Source: a virus
DNA: 64,000 nucleotides
IMG/VR virus record: IMGVR_UViG_3300042868_011386
Span: 25,458 to 89,457 of that record
Reading direction: 5' to 3' (one strand)
Numbering within the stretch: position 1 is the stretch's first letter; every line of letters starts with the position of its first letter. The notes beneath the pieces are model-generated. The model was given only the letters and a program-made list of their open reading frames with translations, searched no databases and was not told the DNA's origin. Below, piece by piece: positions 51,768-61,292 of the stretch. The position numbers were made by a program, and so were the translations under genes.

Positions 51768-52714
51768 AAAAAAGAATAGCTTTAATTGGTGCGATTGAGG
51801 GTACAACTAATCGAGTATTAGAAAAAGATTATCTATTTTTTATAAAAACATTGAGAAAAAATGGTGGTCAATATTCTAATATTGATGTATATCTACTTCA
51901 ACCGACAAGATATGATATTTTAAGTTCTACGAAAGATGAACTATTAAAATATGGAGTAACCTTTATAAAAGATATTTCCAGCTATAATCAACCGGGGAGA
52001 GATTTTAACTATACAAACAAACCTATCGCATGTAATTATTTCTATAAATCGCTTAAAGACGATTATGATTATTTTTTATGGATTGACGGAGACGTTGCAG
52101 TTTTAAACGAATTTGAATTGCCAAATTGTAAAGAAGATGAAATAATATTTTTACACAATAATGAATTTTTTGATGTAAATTGTTTATCATATATTACACA
52201 TAATAGTGAAAATTTCTTGTATGATAAAGAATCATACGATGATATGCTAAGCAAATTAAATATTATAAACAATAATTATATTGCAACAAATTCGTGGTTT
52301 ATTTTTGCATCATCGAAATCTATTTTCTGGGAAAAATGGAATTTACTAACTCGCGATTATATTGAATCTGTGTCTAACTATGGAAAGGAACAATTTAGAT
52401 TTGCTAAAGATACCGTTCACTTTGAAAATAGAATTGAAGAATTGACTATGGATATTGTTATTAAAGATAACAATTTAATAAAGATATTGCCAACTAATAT
52501 TCATACATTTAATACTCCAGATTTAAAAAATAGTCATGATTATATTGAAAAATTCAACTATAATGCAAATTGCGTTCACTTCGATGATATACAGTATCTA
52601 AATTATAATAGCGAACTTAAAAAATATTTTGAAAATAACGCATATCTAAAGAGTCAAATACTTGCAATATATGGAATGGATATTTATAAAAATTTATTTT
52701 TAAATTATGAATAG
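51764..52714 (+). CDS. GT-A fold glycosyltransferase-like protein (GT8-like), paralogue of 50150
   Basis: IEG..N..LE, R.N.G.YS.ID.Y, NKP, WIDGD (DxD), NS.F, KW, EE shared with 50150-50974. Confidence 0.6.
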   Translation: MKKRIALIGAIEGTTNRVLEKDYLFFIKTLRKNGGQYSNIDVYLLQPTRYDILSSTKDELLKYGVTFIKDISSYNQPGRDFNYTNKPIACNYFYKSLKDDYDYFLWIDGDVAVLNEFELPNCKEDEIIFLHNNEFFDVNCLSYITHNSENFLYDKESYDDMLSKLNIINNNYIATNSWFIFASSKSIFWEKWNLLTRDYIESVSNYGKEQFRFAKDTVHFENRIEELTMDIVIKDNNLIKILPTNIHTFNTPDLKNSHDYIEKFNYNANCVHFDDIQYLNYNSELKKYFENNAYLKSQILAIYGMDIYKNLFLNYE

Positions 52715-53318
52715 CACATGGGATAGCATTACATTATTTGAAAAACTTATAGCGAATTATTGCGGTAGTACATATGCAGTTGCAGTTGATAGTTGTACAC
52801 ATGCCATTTTTCTTTGCCTTAAATATTGTCAATATTTAAAATATAACATTGATACTATTAATATACCTAAACAGACATATGTGTCTGTTCCAATGCAGGT
52901 ATATCATTCAGGATATAAAATTAATTTTGTCGATAAACATTGGGATGGTCTATATTCGTTAGATCCATTGCCAATCATTGATAGTGCACAGACATTTAAG
53001 GCAAATATGTACAAACCAAATACATATCAATGTCTGTCATTTCATAATAAAAAACCTATTCCAATAGGAAAGGGAGGAATGATATTAACTGATAATCATG
53101 ATGCACATACTTGGTTTAAAAATATGCGTCATGATGGAAGAGATTTAAATAAATCTCATGAGGATATTACACATATTGGATATCATATGTATATGCAACC
53201 CGAATATGCAATTCGTGGAATTGAATTATTTTATAATAATTCTCATAAGTATTATTTGTCGCAAAAATATTCTGATTATTTCGATATTTCAAATTTATTA
53301 TGTTTTAAAAATATATGA
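52707..53318 (+). CDS. DegT/DnrJ/EryC1/StrS PLP aminotransferase (short form)
   Basis: FE...A.Y.G..YAVAV.SCT.A..L, IIDSAQ, SF..KK.I..G.GGMI.TD. Confidence 0.85.
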   Translation: MNSTWDSITLFEKLIANYCGSTYAVAVDSCTHAIFLCLKYCQYLKYNIDTINIPKQTYVSVPMQVYHSGYKINFVDKHWDGLYSLDPLPIIDSAQTFKANMYKPNTYQCLSFHNKKPIPIGKGGMILTDNHDAHTWFKNMRHDGRDLNKSHEDITHIGYHMYMQPEYAIRGIELFYNNSHKYYLSQKYSDYFDISNLLCFKNI

Positions 53319-54016
53319 AAAATGATTTATTAAAAAAATATTTTAATGGGTTTCTAGAAAAACATTTTTCTAGAATTGAATCAGATAAAGGTCATATTAT
53401 GACTTTATTATATAAAGAATATAATATTCGCGTTAGAAAAAATAAAATAGATATAGTATATCATAGAGAATTACCATATACTATTATTGTCGATGATACT
53501 AGAAAATTTTTATATAAAACCAATATTGGTGCGCGAACTCCAAATATAGAATCATTTGATATAATTAAAAAAGATTTTGAAAAATGTTTTACTAGTACCT
53601 TGTTACCAAATATTTTAAACGAAACTTTAAATTTTTATGAAGTTGAATATTTCGATAATGATAATTATAGAATATTTGATACTGAAAATTTATATATTTT
53701 ATTTTTAAGTAAGAATAAAAATAAAATATTAAATTATTATGAAACTATAAAAAATAATAATTATTGTATTGTTGATTTTGAATTACAAAATTTTATTTTT
53801 AATATTCACACTAATGAAATATTTTTAATATATTCTGGTGATATGGATAAATGTGAAACGTTTAATCCTAACATTTTTAGTATCGATACCTTTGATGAAA
53901 AATCAACGTTTTTTATTACTAATATCATAAATGAATTTCCATATAATTTATCTAAAACAGACTATATCAATAATTTGAGTAAATTGTACCCTAATTGTAA
54001 TATTAAATTTTTGTAA
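53315..54016 (+). CDS. Hypothetical protein with a possibly degenerate kinase-like fold
   Basis: LP.IL......YEVEY and CIVDFELQNFIF......IFLI resemble a hinge and an xDxxxxN catalytic loop; weak. Confidence 0.3.
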   Translation: MKNDLLKKYFNGFLEKHFSRIESDKGHIMTLLYKEYNIRVRKNKIDIVYHRELPYTIIVDDTRKFLYKTNIGARTPNIESFDIIKKDFEKCFTSTLLPNILNETLNFYEVEYFDNDNYRIFDTENLYILFLSKNKNKILNYYETIKNNNYCIVDFELQNFIFNIHTNEIFLIYSGDMDKCETFNPNIFSIDTFDEKSTFFITNIINEFPYNLSKTDYINNLSKLYPNCNIKFL

Positions 54017-54208
54017 TATATTATATGATTGATAAAGTTACATATTTTAAATCAACTCCATATTCAAACAAACGTGTGCTAGAAAACGCGTATGATGAGT
54101 TAATACTAAGCGAATTGGGATTAGTTAATTAGATTTTTTTTATCTAGGTATAGTGTATTTGATACAAAAAAGAAAAATAAAACAGATATTTTATCAAAAA
54201 ATAGTGAT

Positions 54209-55063
54209 ATGAATTTAGTAATTACTGGAGGAGATGGTTTTATTGGACGATCATGTATAGATAAATGGTCGTCGATACATAATATTACATCTTTAGATAA
54301 ACTTTCTGGTGTTGATATATCTTCAGATTCTAGTATTTTAGAATCTTCAATAATTGATTGTGATATCGTATATCACCTAGCCAGTCCTGTCGGAATAGAT
54401 TTGATTGATCGTCATCAAGATTCTTTTTTAAATGATATGATAAAGATGAATCTTAAAGTATTTAATTTGGTTAAAAAATATAATAAAAAAATTGTATTTT
54501 TTAGTACTTCAGAAGTTTATAAAGATTGCGATGGAGCATCAGAAAATGATAATTTAACAATAGGTTCTCCTAATATTCCTAGATGGGGTTATGCTAGCGG
54601 TAAATTAACTTCTGAATTTTTGTGTAAAAGTTTATGTCCGCAATCCGTAATTATACGACCATTTAATATTTGTGGAGCGTATGATCGTAAGGGAGTGTTA
54701 TTTTCCTTTATGAATAGCATTCGTAATGAATCAGATATTTGTATTCATGGAGACGGAAATCAGGTTAGATCTTTTTGTGATATTCGTGATCTTGTTGCCT
54801 TTTTAGATATACTAAATAGTCATGAATTTAACGGAGAAATATATAATGTTGGAAATAGTGAAAATTCTATTTCAATAAATGAACTTGCTAAACTATGCAT
54901 AGACATTTCTAATTCATCAGTAAAAATAAATCATGCTCCGTATTCTGATTGTTTTTCTGATAAACATCGTGATATTATATATCGAAAACCAAACTGTGCT
55001 AAAATGTATGATTTGTATAGACCGCAATACAATCTTATAGATATAATAAAGAGTATGCTATGA
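54209..55063 (+). CDS. NAD-dependent epimerase/decarboxylase (UXS/ArnA-like SDR)
   Basis: ITGGDGFIG, HLAS, STSEVY, PRWGYASGK (YxxxK), RPFN..G, GDG.Q.RSF. Confidence 0.88.
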   Translation: MNLVITGGDGFIGRSCIDKWSSIHNITSLDKLSGVDISSDSSILESSIIDCDIVYHLASPVGIDLIDRHQDSFLNDMIKMNLKVFNLVKKYNKKIVFFSTSEVYKDCDGASENDNLTIGSPNIPRWGYASGKLTSEFLCKSLCPQSVIIRPFNICGAYDRKGVLFSFMNSIRNESDICIHGDGNQVRSFCDIRDLVAFLDILNSHEFNGEIYNVGNSENSISINELAKLCIDISNSSVKINHAPYSDCFSDKHRDIIYRKPNCAKMYDLYRPQYNLIDIIKSML

Positions 55064-55707
55064 AAAATATTGTTGTAATTGGAGCTCACTTAGATGATGC
55101 AGAATTTGGTATGGGAGGTACCATTGCTAAACTATCCAATGACTATAATATAACTCTTTGCATTTTCTGTAAAGGAAATCGTCCAGGTTCAGAGTTTGTT
55201 CAGTCTTCTCGTGAAGATGCAATAAGAAATAATATAACAGATCTAAACATATCTGAGTATATTCAGTTAGACTATTCTGATATATCTCTTGACACGATTC
55301 CATTTATTGAAATTTCTTCGCGTATAACTAAACTTGTAGATAAAATTTCTCCGTACACAGTATTTACGCACTACTCACGAGATATTAATACGGATCATAA
55401 GATAATATCAAATGCTACACGAGTAGCATGTCGTCCAAGAGAATCATGTAGCGTACGTGAACTATATGAATATTCAATACCTGGAAGCACTGAATGGTCG
55501 TTTACTGATACAAAATTTAATACATTTTTTGATATTTCTAACTATACTAGTATAAAATATGAATGCATATCACGCTATAAAACTGAAGTAAAAACTGAGA
55601 TTGACCCGTTAAATTTAGAATATATAAAACACAGAGATCTTTATTATGGTGGATTGTTTGGATATAGAGCAGCTGAACCGTTTATAAACATTTTTTCAAA
55701 GCGATGA
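55060..55707 (+). CDS. PIG-L/LmbE family N-deacetylase
   Basis: AHLDDAEFGMGGTI, R..., TH...D.N.DH, AE.F. Confidence 0.88.
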   Translation: MKNIVVIGAHLDDAEFGMGGTIAKLSNDYNITLCIFCKGNRPGSEFVQSSREDAIRNNITDLNISEYIQLDYSDISLDTIPFIEISSRITKLVDKISPYTVFTHYSRDINTDHKIISNATRVACRPRESCSVRELYEYSIPGSTEWSFTDTKFNTFFDISNYTSIKYECISRYKTEVKTEIDPLNLEYIKHRDLYYGGLFGYRAAEPFINIFSKR

Positions 55708-56426
55708 AAAAGCAAAAAATTATTATTGCTGGATATGGAGAAATAGGTCAAGCAATACACCAATTTTATAATCAGCATGATTATGAATTAAGTATAGTCG
55801 ATATTGACATATCATTATCTCAATGTCATTGCGACATCTTGCATATTTGTTTTCCATATTCTGATAATTTTATAGTTGAAGTTGAAAAATATATTTCATT
55901 ATTTTCTCCCCATCTCGTTATAATACACAGCACAATATATCCTGGAACATCAGAAAATATAAAGTTTAATAATTTAGTATACTCACCAATTGTTGGTGTA
56001 CATCCGCATCTACATGAATGCATAAAAATATTTAAAAAATTCGTTGCTGGAAAAACTAAGCAGTCGATCATTGAGGCGTGCAATCATTTCTCTGAACTTG
56101 GAATTGCATCTACCACGTTTAAATGCTGCAAATCGCTTGAAACCGCAAAGACTCTATGTACACTCTATTATGGTATGTGCATAGCTTTTCATGATGAAGT
56201 GCATGATTTATGTAAAAAAGAATCTATCGACTATTCAGAAGTAATGACTCTTTGGAATTCTGAATATAATTCTGGCTATAAAAAAATTGGAAAAGATAAT
56301 GTGGTACGACCAGTGTTGTCTCCGGCTCATGGAAAAATTGGAGGACATTGCGTTATACCAAATGCCGAGATGATCGCTTCATATTTTAACAGTCCAATAA
56401 TAGACTATGTTTTGAGATTAAAATGA
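55704..56426 (+). CDS. UDP-glucose/GDP-mannose dehydrogenase family (short form)
   Basis: GYGEIG, HST..PGT, SP, E.AK, IGGHC. Confidence 0.8.
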   Translation: MKKQKIIIAGYGEIGQAIHQFYNQHDYELSIVDIDISLSQCHCDILHICFPYSDNFIVEVEKYISLFSPHLVIIHSTIYPGTSENIKFNNLVYSPIVGVHPHLHECIKIFKKFVAGKTKQSIIEACNHFSELGIASTTFKCCKSLETAKTLCTLYYGMCIAFHDEVHDLCKKESIDYSEVMTLWNSEYNSGYKKIGKDNVVRPVLSPAHGKIGGHCVIPNAEMIASYFNSPIIDYVLRLK

Positions 56427-56953
56427 AACCGACTCTAATGATACATGAATTTCAAGAAAGATATCTTGATCTTCCGTTAGAAAAATATACACTTACGTTT
56501 GACGATGGGTTATATAGTCAATATGCATTCGTCGACGAGTTGTTGAGAATAAACACAGAAAAGATATTTTTTATTAGCAGCGATATAGTCTGTCCTGAAG
56601 ATCAGACTCAAGACACATCATTCATTTGTTGTAGAGATGCTCATGACAAAGCATTTGCTGGAGACTATAGCAACTATATGAAATGGTCACAGATAACCTA
56701 TCTTGATGGTTTAAATAGTTGTAGAATAGGATGTCACGGTCATAAACATATTCATAATATAGTTTCTGATCCTTTAGTGATGCTTAAAGACAGTCGAAGA
56801 ATGATACACACTTTTAGATGCCATCTAGGATATGTTCCAGATAGTTTTTGTTTTCCATATAATATAGAGTCTGGTATGTATAAAACTATATTACAAAAGT
56901 ATGGTTTTGAACATTTTTATGGTGGAGAAAGAATAGATATAGATGAGTTATGA
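56423..56953 (+). CDS. NodB-type polysaccharide deacetylase
   Basis: LTFDDG, M.W.Q, IGCHGHKH, FCFPY. Confidence 0.82.
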   Translation: MKPTLMIHEFQERYLDLPLEKYTLTFDDGLYSQYAFVDELLRINTEKIFFISSDIVCPEDQTQDTSFICCRDAHDKAFAGDYSNYMKWSQITYLDGLNSCRIGCHGHKHIHNIVSDPLVMLKDSRRMIHTFRCHLGYVPDSFCFPYNIESGMYKTILQKYGFEHFYGGERIDIDEL

Positions 56954-57579
56954 ATATCGATGCAATTACAGTTTCAATTGACTATAGTGACTATTTAGAG
57001 CAAATAGTTAACAATAAAGATAAATTTACACGATGGTTAATTGTCACTCATTGGAGTGATAAAAAAACTATAAATTTATGTAAAAAATATAGTTTAGACT
57101 ATATTCTTAGCAAGGAAATTTATGCAGATGGAGCATGTTTTGCTAAAAGCCGAGCAATAAATGAAGCTATAAGACATTTAAATCCACGAGATTGGTTGTG
57201 TGTGATTGACAGTGATTCTTTACTTCCAGATGACTTTAATAGTATTGTAGAAAACTATGCTGTTGATAAAAGCACAATCTATGGCTGTAAAAGACATAAT
57301 TTAGACGGATCTTTAAAAATAGAAAATAAATTTTCATCATACATTTGGCCTGCAGGATTTTTTCAATTATGGCATACGTCTCAATTTTGTGATTATTATG
57401 TAGGAGATATGACTAATGCTGAAGGTGATATACAGCATAAAAATAGATTTGACAAGTGTGAATTATTACCATTAAAATTAGTAGATGTTCAACAGGAATT
57501 AGAATGGAAAGCAAATTGGTATGGGAGAGGAGCGGTTGGCAAAACACGACATAAACTTTATGGAAATAAACTAATATAA
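56950..57579 (+). CDS. GT2-like glycosyltransferase
   Basis: ITVS.DY.DYL, K..AIN.A......DW...IDSD..LP, GFFQL. Confidence 0.65.
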   Translation: MNIDAITVSIDYSDYLEQIVNNKDKFTRWLIVTHWSDKKTINLCKKYSLDYILSKEIYADGACFAKSRAINEAIRHLNPRDWLCVIDSDSLLPDDFNSIVENYAVDKSTIYGCKRHNLDGSLKIENKFSSYIWPAGFFQLWHTSQFCDYYVGDMTNAEGDIQHKNRFDKCELLPLKLVDVQQELEWKANWYGRGAVGKTRHKLYGNKLI

Positions 57580-57582
57580 ATA
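57575..57582 (+). promoter_or_regulatory. Late promoter
   Basis: TATAAATA 6 nt before ATG 57589. Confidence 0.8.
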
Positions 57583-57588
57583 GTCTAT

Positions 57589-57927
57589 ATGGCAACGTAT
57601 AGTAACATTTATATCGATCAGGGCAGCACCTATGCGTCAACTATAGACGTAAAAGACAGCAACGGTTTACCATTTAACCTTATAGGCTATCTTTCTCGTG
57701 GACAGATACGTAAGAGCTATTCTTCGTCGACCTCGACGTCATTTGCAACATCTATAAACCTTCCATTAGAAGGTAAAGTTGGTGTATCATTGACTGCCAC
57801 GCAAACACGCGGCATGAAACCTGGTCGATATGTATATGATGTTGAAATATACAATTCGGGTGGACATGTCATACGTATAGCTGAAGGACAGGTAGAAATA
57901 TCACCAGCCTCAACACGACCTAGTTAA
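57589..57927 (+). CDS. Conserved small virion protein of T4-like phages
   Basis: N..IDQG.......L.GY....QIRKSY.S, SLTA.QT.....GRYVYDVEI......R..EG.....P. Confidence 0.7.
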   Translation: MATYSNIYIDQGSTYASTIDVKDSNGLPFNLIGYLSRGQIRKSYSSSTSTSFATSINLPLEGKVGVSLTATQTRGMKPGRYVYDVEIYNSGGHVIRIAEGQVEISPASTRPS

Positions 57928-57928
57928 T

Positions 57929-60907
57929 ATGAGCGAAAACATAATTGCTACAATAACACCAACATCTAGAATTAGTGTTTCTACTTTTTCTGAAGGTGGA
58001 CGTACACTTTCAGAACTTACAGACATTGACTTACAAGGCGTAACCAATGGTTCGCTACTAATATATGACACCAACGAATTTGTCTCTCGCACTCTTTCTG
58101 GGGATGCTACGCTAAGCGCATCTGGGGTGATTACAATAAACCCGAACGCCGTGACTCTTGGTGCTGACACAACAGGAGCATATGTTTCAACAGTAACTGG
58201 TACGCTCGATCAGATAACTGTAATTGGTTCTGGAAGTGAGACCGCAAACATAACTCTCAGTCTTCCGCAATCAATCGCGACTTCTTCAAGCCCGTCATTT
58301 AATAATATTACACTCTCTGGTGTTATTAACAACTCTGACTTGACTACAAAGTTATCAACAAAAGTTGATAAGGTAGTTGGCCAGGGATTGTCTGATAGCA
58401 ACTATACACTCACTGAAAAGAATAAATTAGCTGGAATAGCAGATGGAGCGACTGCAAATTCAACCGATGCGCATCTACTCAGTCGTGCAAATCATACTGG
58501 CAGTCAATCATACACAACTATAACAGGTCTTGGAACACTTGCGACTCAAAGCGGAACCTTTAGTGGCTCTTCAAGTGGCACAAATACTGGTGATCAGACT
58601 ATTACTCTTGGTGGTGATGCTACTGGTAGTGGGACAGGTTTGGTAAATGTTACGCTCGCTTCAACTGGAGTGCCCGCAGGCGAGTATAACAGCAGCACAA
58701 CAAGTGTCACACCATTTACGGTTGACATTAAAGGACGCATTACTGCAGTTGATACTCCAATCACTATTACTCCAAGTTGGAATTCAGTAACAGACAAACC
58801 AACTACGCTGTCTGGTTATGGAATTACAGATGCGGTAGATTTAACTAGCTCTCAAACTATAAGTGGGCATAAAGATTTTACAAGCAGTCCAACTGTTCCG
58901 CTTATACCTACTGCCGCAGGTCATGCCGCTTCAAAAGCATATGTTGATACACTCTCTGAAGGGTTGCACGTTCATGCTGCTGTGCATGCGATTCTGCAGA
59001 CTCCACTTGCAACCACGATTGGTGGTGGAGTCACTATAACCTATAGTAATGGTACAAATGGAGTTGGAGCAAAATTAACAGTGTCTGCTCCAGTAACATG
59101 GACGACAGTTTTTAATGACTCTGATATTATAGTTGGCAGTCGAGTAATAATTGCAGGTCAAAGCGCAAGTGCACATAACGGCATATATGTCATTAATTCT
59201 AGCACTGAATTGATGCGAGCAGAAGATTTTAACACGCCAACTGAAATGGCTGGTGGTGATTTTGTTTTTGTCACTCATGGAACATATGCCGACACAGGTT
59301 GGGTACTTTCCGAACCGGTGACTGAGGTTGGCGCGTCTGCAGTAATATTCACGCAATTTTCCGGAGCAGGCGCCTATGAAGCTGGGGCAGGACTCTCTCG
59401 TGATGGCACAACATTTTCAGTTGTAGCAGGCACAGGTATTGCAGTTGATGGAAGTGTAAGTTTGTCAACAGTAGGCTCTCCTGGCACATATAGATCAGTG
59501 GCTGTTGACTCTTATGGTCGAATCACGTCTGGAACCAATCCAACTACGCTGTCTGGTTATGGAATTACAGATGCCGCATCTTCAACTGCTCTGAGCAATC
59601 ATATTAGCGATGCTACAGTTCACCTAACAAGCACACAAAATACGCTGCTTGATGGCATTACTGTGTCTGCAGAAAAGGTTAATTATTTGACTGACGTGAC
59701 ATCAAATATACAAGGTCAATTAAATGTTAAACAGCCACTTGACTCTGACCTGACCGCAATTGCCGGATTGACTGGGACTAGTGGACTCCTAAGAAAAACT
59801 GGGACTGACGTCTGGACTCTTGACACAAACACATACAGCGTTTCAGGTCATACACATGGTACATCACAAATAACTGACCTGTATCAACCATCGCCACACC
59901 AGGATCCTGATGCAACTTCAAATGTAACTGTAGGTGGTACGCTCTATATAAAAGCTGGTGCACAACGCTATGAAGAGTCTGGAAATGATATTAATTGGCT
60001 TAATTATAATTCTAGCATCAATCGTTGGCAACTGGGTGATAATGTAGAAGGCGCATATGCAACTTCTACGAGTGATGGACTCTATCCATGGCTTGCAACA
60101 TGGAGTGGAACTACTATTGTAAAATATTCATATCCACGAGTAGCGGGTGCTCCATTGGCATCAACCGCATCTGATGGAGTTTCAAACTACTCAGCACGTG
60201 CAGATCACGTTCATCCATTTCCAACTGCACTTCAAGTTGGAGCAGCCCCGCTAGTTGGCGGAAAGGTGCCAATGCAATATATACCATCCGAGGCAGATGA
60301 CGTACTTGTGTTTTACAATAGAAGTAATTTTCCAGCAACCGGAGAGAGTGGTAAATTTTATCTAGCCCAATATGGAAGCCGTCTTAATGGCGTGTGGTAT
60401 GAAGGAGGACGCACATATTATTGGGATGGTGTTTATATAGAAGTTGCCCCACTAAGCGTCTATAATCCAAGTGATGCTAATGCTCTTGCTGTTTGGGTCA
60501 ACACACCAAATTTTGTTTTTGTGCCAACCAGCATTCAGAATAATAGACCGATGTATACATTATTTGATGGTCGATATTTCAACGGATATTATATGGGATA
60601 TGACGTTAACAGATGGATCATATACAGCATTGGTGAAGAATACACTCTAGAAGCACAAGCTGCACCAGGCACTGAAGCCTATCCATGGTTAGCAAACTGG
60701 GGTACACCAAATTACATTACGCGGGTTGGATCCTATTCATATGATCAGTCAGTCATACCACGTAAAGGTGCAAGCATCGGCAGCAGCGGAACAAGCGGGC
60801 GCTCTGCTCGAGCAGATCATGTTCATCCACTTCCAACTGCAGCAGAAATTGGAGCAGCATCTCTCGATGACTCAAGCACAATTATAGGTCTTTCAATCTT
60901 TTTATAA
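57929..60907 (+). CDS. Long modular tail fibre / fibre-like protein
   Basis: KVDK..G.GLS..NYT..EK.KL.GI, PTTLSGYGITDA x2, VD.KGR.T, SARADHVHP x2. Confidence 0.75.
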   Translation: MSENIIATITPTSRISVSTFSEGGRTLSELTDIDLQGVTNGSLLIYDTNEFVSRTLSGDATLSASGVITINPNAVTLGADTTGAYVSTVTGTLDQITVIGSGSETANITLSLPQSIATSSSPSFNNITLSGVINNSDLTTKLSTKVDKVVGQGLSDSNYTLTEKNKLAGIADGATANSTDAHLLSRANHTGSQSYTTITGLGTLATQSGTFSGSSSGTNTGDQTITLGGDATGSGTGLVNVTLASTGVPAGEYNSSTTSVTPFTVDIKGRITAVDTPITITPSWNSVTDKPTTLSGYGITDAVDLTSSQTISGHKDFTSSPTVPLIPTAAGHAASKAYVDTLSEGLHVHAAVHAILQTPLATTIGGGVTITYSNGTNGVGAKLTVSAPVTWTTVFNDSDIIVGSRVIIAGQSASAHNGIYVINSSTELMRAEDFNTPTEMAGGDFVFVTHGTYADTGWVLSEPVTEVGASAVIFTQFSGAGAYEAGAGLSRDGTTFSVVAGTGIAVDGSVSLSTVGSPGTYRSVAVDSYGRITSGTNPTTLSGYGITDAASSTALSNHISDATVHLTSTQNTLLDGITVSAEKVNYLTDVTSNIQGQLNVKQPLDSDLTAIAGLTGTSGLLRKTGTDVWTLDTNTYSVSGHTHGTSQITDLYQPSPHQDPDATSNVTVGGTLYIKAGAQRYEESGNDINWLNYNSSINRWQLGDNVEGAYATSTSDGLYPWLATWSGTTIVKYSYPRVAGAPLASTASDGVSNYSARADHVHPFPTALQVGAAPLVGGKVPMQYIPSEADDVLVFYNRSNFPATGESGKFYLAQYGSRLNGVWYEGGRTYYWDGVYIEVAPLSVYNPSDANALAVWVNTPNFVFVPTSIQNNRPMYTLFDGRYFNGYYMGYDVNRWIIYSIGEEYTLEAQAAPGTEAYPWLANWGTPNYITRVGSYSYDQSVIPRKGASIGSSGTSGRSARADHVHPLPTAAEIGAASLDDSSTIIGLSIFL

Positions 60908-60925
60908 AAAAAAATAAATAAAATT

Positions 60926-61291
60926 ATGGCAACATATACAAAGCAATTATTATCGCAAAGCACAAATGGCAAGTCTATTGTTATAGCTGCCAGTGGTGCT
61001 AACACTACGACAATACACACTACACAAGCCTCATCAGATATAATGGACGAGGTATGGTTGTATGCTACAAATTCTACAGCAGCAGATATTACATTAAATG
61101 TATTGTATGGAGGAACTGATTTTTCAACTGATATTTTATTTGAAGGTGTTATTGAGGCTTATGCTGGAAATACATTAATCTGCCCTGGTTTGATATTAAA
61201 GGGAAACGGAACTGCAGGATCTTCAATTTATGGCAATGCTAGTGTTGCAAGTGGGATTAATGTTTTTGGCTATGTGAATAGGATAAGTTAA
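60926..61291 (+). CDS. Hypothetical structural protein
   Basis: 121 aa, beta-rich, DEVWLYA.N and C-terminal GYVNRIS. Confidence 0.55.
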   Translation: MATYTKQLLSQSTNGKSIVIAASGANTTTIHTTQASSDIMDEVWLYATNSTAADITLNVLYGGTDFSTDILFEGVIEAYAGNTLICPGLILKGNGTAGSSIYGNASVASGINVFGYVNRIS

Positions 61292-61292
61292 T

